Below are positions 22,895-28,842 of a DNA stretch of 28,842 nt, one piece after another. The notes under the pieces are model-generated. The model ran no database searches, was not told where the DNA came from, and worked only from the letters and a program-made list of their open reading frames with translations. Each line of letters opens with the position of its first letter. Positions within the stretch are counted from its first letter, which is position 1. This DNA is from Bugula neritina (lineage: Eukaryota > Animalia > Bryozoa). The position numbers and the translations under genes are program-made. The stretch spans positions 1 to 28,842 of the forward strand of contig CAXIUT010000144.1 in NCBI GenBank assembly GCA_964035545.1, read 5' to 3'.

Positions 22895-23645
22895 AGTTGA
22901 TGATTATCCACTAAAAAAATGGAAATTACTAAGGTGCTGATAAGTGCAAACTAAAAATCTAGGTTTTATAAAAAGATCATGCAGTTAGAGTTATATATGA
23001 ACTAAATCAAAAACATAAACAATAAAGAAAAGATGTCTAAAGTATGCAATATTCAGAAATAAATGAAACTAATAAAAATTGGGACATGAAATAAAAAGAA
23101 ATCAAAGATTAGGAAAGTAAACATGAAGAAGAAATGTTAAATAGACATAAAAAATAACTTTAAATTACTAGAAAAGAACTAGAAGATTAATTATCACCTA
23201 AAGTTAAATAAAGTTCAGAATTGCTTAACCTCAAAAAAATGGAAAAACATATGGTTAAACAAAAATTGTAAAACATTGTTTATTTAGATATTCAGAGGCT
23301 CATCTCGTTCAAGCTCAAGTAGCTGCAATGGAAAAGTAAGAAAAAGGTGTCTGGCTTACAAGAAGAGATTAAAAAATATAAACTGCTCTAAATACCTTGA
23401 AAGCTAAGCAAACAGTCGAACATACTAATCTGAAAACTAAATATAAAGGATATTTCGATTAATCCCAAAGAACAAGAAAAATAATAACTGATAAACTACT
23501 TCACAGACACTAAAATGTGCTAATTGACTTGAAAAGCCAACAATAAAGATAACTTCTCCATGCAAAAGGTCAATTCAGAAATAATGGAGGAAAGGATTCA
23601 GCAATAAGAACAAGAAGTTCATTCACTAGTTCATTTACTAGCTGA
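22895..23645 (+). CDS. Conserved protist coiled-coil protein, probably 5'-truncated at the junction
   Basis: The frame is open from the junction: ELMIIHEKNGNYEGADKCKLKIE...NKNWD...KESSELLNLKKMEKHMVKQKLYSEAH. 20-nt intron 23268-23287; TGA 23643-23645. An in-frame ATG at 22900 exists, so the truncation is inferred. Confidence 0.75.
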
Positions 23646-23710
23646 TTATCATTAATAGAATCTCTTAAATTAATAACTATCCTGAAATATTTATACATAT
23701 TTGAGATTTA

Positions 23711-26203
23711 TCAGGATGAAACTGGCTTATCGGCTTGTAAGTTTTTACTTTTTTTTACTTTATGAGATTGTTTTTTGGTAGATTTAAATTTAGGAGTATG
23801 ATGTTTTTATTTATGTTCTTACTTGAACTTTTATTTTGGCTACTAAGTTTTCTTTTGTTCAAGCTTTTATACTTTAATTTTTTGAGATTCTTTTTCTTTA
23901 GATGTAGCTTTTATAGGAGTTTATATTTTCTAGATAGGAGTTTAAATAACAGATTAAGATTTAGTTTCGACTTTCTATTATTTTTTAACCTATTATATTT
24001 CATTTTCTTTATTTGATTGAATTATTTCACCATTTTTCTTTATCTATTTGCCATTTTATTTATAATTTTGCTCTTATAGTTATGATTTTGATCGCTATTT
24101 TTGTTATTATTTTTTTTATTATTTTTTTTATTTTTGTTCTTTTTGTTCTTATTTTTATTTTTATTATTATTAATATTGTTTTTGTTATTTTTATTATTTT
24201 TGTTATTTTTGTTATTTTTGTTATTTTTGTTATTTTTGTTATTTTTGTTATTTTTGTTATTTTTGTTATTTTTGTTATTTTTGTTATTTTTGTTATTTTT
24301 GTTATTTTTGTTATTTTTGTTCTTATTTTTCAATTTTAACTTCATTTTCAGTTTCTTTTTGAAGATTAGAAGATATTTATTTATCAGAAATAACCTTTTA
24401 AGTTTATCTCTTTTAGATTGGAGTAGATTCTTATTCTTTTACTTCTTTAGGATGTTCTGCCTCATTATTCTGTTTTATTTATTTTTTGATTTACTTTTGT
24501 TCAACATTTTTTATTGATTTTGAAGGTTTTTATTGAAGTTAAACAGATAATTATTACTTTTTTTCCTTTTTATTTATTAATTCTTAAAGCTTTTATGTTT
24601 TTATCAACTCAATTTATTTTTTATTTTAAGATATATTTTTTTCTTTTTCTTTCAATACCTATTTATTATCCTTATTTTATTATATAACTTTTGGTTTGAT
24701 ATCTAATTTTTTGTCTTTATTTTCTTCTTGATCAATCTTCTTTGCTGGAATTTATTATTTTTTTTCTTTTTTATTTTATTTATTTGAAACTACAGCATAT
24801 TATTATTTTTTATCAATTTTATCTTCTGTAACTTTGATTTATGGTTTAATTTCAAGATCTTTTTACTTTTATTACTTTTTCTCAACTTTAATTTCTTCAT
24901 GTTTTATTTCTAAATCAATATCTTTATTATTTTTTTATATTTATTTTTTTTATGATTAGATAGGTTTATTTTACTCAACCTTTTTAACTTATTCTTATTT
25001 CTATTATTTAACAATTTTTAAATCTTATTTCTATGTCTTTTTCTCTTAAACTTTATCTACTTTTTTTTCTTATTTTTTTTGCTAAATTATTTCCTTTGAT
25101 TGATCTTAATTTCTGATTTATTTGTTTTAGATAGAATGAGGCTTTTATTATTCTTTTGAATCTGATTTTTCTTTAACATCTTGAATATTTTTTTCAACAT
25201 TAACTTTATTTTGTTATTAATCTTTAGCCTTTTGAATCTCTTTATGAAGATCTTAAACTTCTTTCTGAATTTTCTAATTATTAAGAGATTGTTTTGATTA
25301 TTCTTTTTATTTATTTTCTTATTTCTATTCTTTAATTTAATTTGATTTTTTCTACAATACTATTTTTTTCTAATTTTTGACTTTTTATTTCTACTCATTA
25401 ATAACAATATCCTGAGAGATTTTTATTTTATTTTTATCGTTATGCAGAGGGCTTTTCTTTTACTTAAAAGAAACAATAGCCAATACATCTTGTTTTATTC
25501 TATACCTTCCAGTTATTTTATATATTCTCTTTATTTAGTGCTATCCTTCCTTATTTTCAAATTCAATTTGAACATATATGCCTTTTTTATATTCATTCAT
25601 CACCTGACTCAGAACCTTTCCATCTTTTAAAAATGGTATTCCATTTTTCAACATAAGCTCTATCTGATTATGCTAAATATTAAGATGATTCTGTTTGCCT
25701 CTCTTTTTCTATCCGAATATCTTATTAAATGATATTAATTCATGTGTTTTTGGATTTTTAAAAACAGGATTTTACCAAGATATTTTTGATCTATCCTCAC
25801 TTATATCAACAGTCTATAGATATTTATTTATTAATAAGAAAGGAGGTATTTGATTTTTCTTCTAATATTTTTGATCAAGTTTTAATTTTCCTTTATTTTA
25901 TCTCAGATACAGTAAAGCTTCCTTGAGCAACTATGGATCGTTTCCTTTATTCTTTTTCTATAATAAAAATTAATCTACTTTAGCATTTAATACATAAGGA
26001 ACACCTTTAAATATTGTCCTTTAAAATGGTTTTTCATGTGGTTTTGATTTTTTATTATGAGGTTTCTTCTTTTCTGCATCTGATATTTTCTCAAACTCCT
26101 CTTCAATCGCTTTTTCTTTACCTTTTTCAGAATTAAGGTTGTTAGTGCAATCAATTGATACTAAAATCAGAATTGCAGCTAAGACTAACACGTAAAACCT
26201 CAT
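23711..26203 (-). CDS. Secreted highly charged (E/K/Q-rich) protein, 830 aa, with (EQK)n tandem repeat
   Basis: Signal peptide MRFYVLVLAAILILVSIDC; ATG 26203, the repeat and TGA 23711-23713 share one frame under table 30. Confidence 0.8.
24194..24319 (-). repeat. 9-bp coding minisatellite (CAAAAATAA)14 encoding (QKE)14, with degenerate copies continuing to ~24100
   Basis: Perfect ttatttttg units on the + strand; in frame with the 23711-26203 CDS. Confidence 0.9.
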
Positions 26204-26278
26204 TATTATTATTTTACTAAAATATAAATAATCTATAAATGTTAAAACTATAATTTTTAATAAATATGAGTGAGTGAA

Positions 26279-27300
26279 TCATTAATGCTAAAATTAACTG
26301 ATTTGAGGTTATTATTTCTAATCTTCCATCTTTTATTCATTAGTATTATTTAATACTTCTTTTTTGGCGAATGATTGAACTATCTCTTGATTTCTCAACC
26401 TTTCTAATTTATTTTCATCAAATGTCACTCTTCTTTTTATTTTTCCAAATTTATTACCTACAGGTAAACTATTCATCATCAAACTACTACTAGTAAATTC
26501 TTCTTCATTTTAATTATCTTGTTCTTCTGAAACCATCTTATTTCGCTTTTTTAGTTTCTATCTAGTTGATTTCTTTTTCTTAAGCATCTATACTGAATCC
26601 ATCGTCTTAGTCAACCTCTGAGGATCTCTTATTTTTATAGGTGTATGCATTGAATGGTATTTTACATCTCTAGATATTCTTACTGAATGCTCGTGGATTT
26701 CCTATTAAATCATTGTTTTAGTTCTATCTTCTTTTTCATAGTAAGCAGCAGCCCAGGATTTAGATAAGTTACTTAATTTCAGCTACATTAATCTTTCTTT
26801 TTATCTTTTTAATCCGCCAAATTTTTATTCATATAATTTCAATAAATCTGACTTGTTTTACCTCAATGAATTATGCTATATATCTATATTACCACTTATT
26901 CCATATTGAGACATAGATCGTTTAGTTTTAAGCGGATGTTTGCTCATTTATTCAAGTATTTTATCTTTAAACTATCCCTATAATCTCTTTATCAATAGGA
27001 AAATTTAACTAAATACATGATGATTTACTTTTAATCTTCTTCTGTTCGTGATTCAGCCTCATCCAAACACTAAAAACAATTAACGTAGTCTCCATATTAA
27101 GCATATAGTCTAGCTTTAGCAATCCAAAAAGAAGGAAGAAATACACATACTACTTTTTCTTACATATATCGAAATATAGTAAGAGGATCACTACACATCA
27201 CTTGATAGTTTAGAAAGTTGTTTAATATTTATTGAGAATTGACTCCATGGTGTCTGTTATCCTGAGTATAAATTTCTAACTCTTGGCGGTTCATTATCAT
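26279..27300 (-). CDS. Mad3/BUB1 homology region 1 (TPR)-like protein without kinase domain (333 aa)
   Basis: NFLNYQVMCSDPLTIFRYMEEKVVCVFLPSFWIAKARLYAEYGDYVNCFECLDEA matches the Mad3_BUB1_I pattern (DPxxIFxxM...FYIAxA...G); 20-nt intron 27009-27028. Confidence 0.6.
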
Positions 27301-27465
27301 TAAATTATTTGCTAATCTGAGTTAAAAATCGAAAATAATAAAAACTTAAACTGTCTTTTATTATTATTTTAAAAGTTACTATCAAGTATCAAAAAAGATA
27401 AAAAACAATAAACCTTTTAAGAATCGTATGGTTTGATATTATAATTTTAACAGTTAGATTTAAAA

Positions 27466-27997
27466 ATGAAAGCTAAAACAGGAAAAGGTCCATCAAAAAA
27501 GAAAATAGAACGTCCAGGATTAACCTAGGATGAAATTGAATAACTCAGATAAGCATTTAATTTATTTGATACATAAGGTACAGGAAAAGTAGATCCTAGG
27601 TATTTGATAAAATATACAGATAACTTAAATCAGCAATGCAAAGTCTTGGATTTTAATCAAAAAACCCAACTATCTTCCAAATGATCAACTAACTTTAAGC
27701 TTAAGGAAGATAAATTGATTTTGAAGAATTTATCAATGCAATAACATCTAAACTAGGAGATAAAGAATCAAGAGTAGCTTTAATATAATACAGAATGGAA
27801 TAAATAAAATATTTTAACTTTTTGATGATGATAAAACAGGATCTATTAATGTAAAGAATATCAAAAGAGTAGCTAAATAACTTGGATAAACCATGAGTCC
27901 TCAATAACTATAAGAAATGCTTCAAAGAGCTGCCAGTAACGGCAAATAAATCACAAAAGATGACTTCTATGAAATCATGACTAAAAAATCATTCTGA
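27466..27997 (+). CDS. Centrin (alveolate ICL1e-like type), 163 aa, EF-hand protein
   Basis: [52 protein letters not shown]...[26 protein letters not shown]...FYEIMTKKSF; 20-nt introns 27600-27619 and 27774-27793. Confidence 0.95.
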
Positions 27998-28097
27998 ATG
28001 ATGTTCTTTAATTAATTTTAAACAATACACCTTTATGAACAGATAGTTGATATTTTAATTATTGATATGAAGAGAATAGAATTTAAATATGGTAGAA

Positions 28098-28509
28098 TCA
28101 ACCTCTTTGAGGGAACAACATAACTCTAAGAGTAGATCCCATAGCTCTTGCTGGTAAGTTTTTGGCAAATCTTGCAAGAACAGCTCCATTGTTTCCGTGA
28201 CTGGTAGCAATTCTTCCCCAAATGGTCTATTTATCATATGATTTACTCTGAATCTGTTATCAGCTTTTCCGGAATGAGTTTTGTAGATGTATGCTACTCT
28301 TTTACCAAAGTAGTAACTAGCAGCTGACCTATCATTAACTCCTTCAAGTTTCAAGATGTTTTGGTTGGTATTTTGTGCGACTTTAGATCTACTTTATACT
28401 TGATTTACCTTCTGAAGCTAAGGAATTTAGCTCTAACCCAGAGTCTGACCTGCTTTCCTCTCTTAGGTTTAGATATTTTTTTTTATTTAGAAGCTACTTT
28501 ATCAGCCAT
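28098..28509 (-). CDS. RPL35A: 60S ribosomal protein L35a (eL33), 123 aa
   Basis: [15 protein letters not shown]...LKLEGV...[12 protein letters not shown]...[38 protein letters not shown]; 20-nt introns 28389-28408 and 28227-28246. Confidence 0.96.
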
Positions 28510-28690
28510 GTGGTTTTTTAATTAATGATTATTATATTTGGAAAATCAATTAATATCAACAACACCTCAATCTATCATAAACAATATTATTTTAATTCAT
28601 TTGACAGAAAATAAGTTTTTTTCATCTTTTCCTTATCTTAATCGAATAATTATTAATAATATCTATGAATATTCTTCATTATAATTTTAT

Positions 28691-28842
28691 TTGGGGTTGG
28701 GGTTGGGGTTGGGGTTGGGGTTGGGGTTGGGGTTGGGGTTGGGGTTGGGGTTGGGGTTGGGGTTGGGGTTGGGGTTGGGGTTGGGGGGGTTGGGGTTGGG
28801 GTTGGGGTTGGGGTTGGGGTTGGGGTTGGGGTTGGGGTTGGG
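28691..28842 (+). repeat. Right terminal telomere (TTGGGG)n with one G7 irregularity at 28783-28789
   Basis: G4T2 repeats to the window end. Confidence 0.98.

Noticed and set aside
24100-24325. CRISPR-like array
   Set aside because: A spacer-less 9-bp coding tandem repeat in a eukaryotic gene.
23762-24517. Hydrophobic F/L/I/V-rich plus-strand ORFs and the (NNK)n minus ORF in the track
   Set aside because: They are antisense or off-frame shadows of the E/K/Q-rich CDS 23711-26203; the true frame reads (EQK)n with TAA=Glu.
1-28842. Standard ciliate code (UAR=Gln, table 6) or a split UAA=Lys/UAG=Glu code
   Set aside because: TAA and TAG occupy conserved Glu positions in centrin and RPF2, and Gln-rich tracts use only CAR codons.

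Overview
AT-rich eukaryotic DNA from a ciliate macronucleus with C4A2/G4T2 telomeres. TAA and TAG are read as GLUTAMATE and only TGA is a stop (NCBI table 30), which points to a peritrich oligohymenophorean. The supplied ORF track uses the standard code and is therefore fragmentary or misleading. The window has three telomere-terminated pieces joined head-to-tail. (1) 1-10457 is an apparently complete ~10.4 kb minichromosome with telomeres at both ends. It carries a truncated and a full-length paralogue of a membrane-anchored retropepsin-like pseudo-protease, a tail-anchored C2-like protein, a secreted tandem Ig(He_PIG)/coiled-coil protein, an IST1-like N/Q/P-rich protein and two unknown genes. 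(2) 10458-22894 starts mid-gene and carries RPF2 plus seven less characterised genes. (3) 22895-28842 starts mid-gene and carries a coiled-coil protein, a secreted (EQK)n polyampholyte, a Mad3/BUB1-TPR-like protein, a centrin and RPL35A. Most introns are exactly 20 nt and many intergenic spacers are only 37-80 nt. All gene models were translated by hand, and domain calls other than RPF2, centrin and RPL35A come from remembered motifs, not searches.
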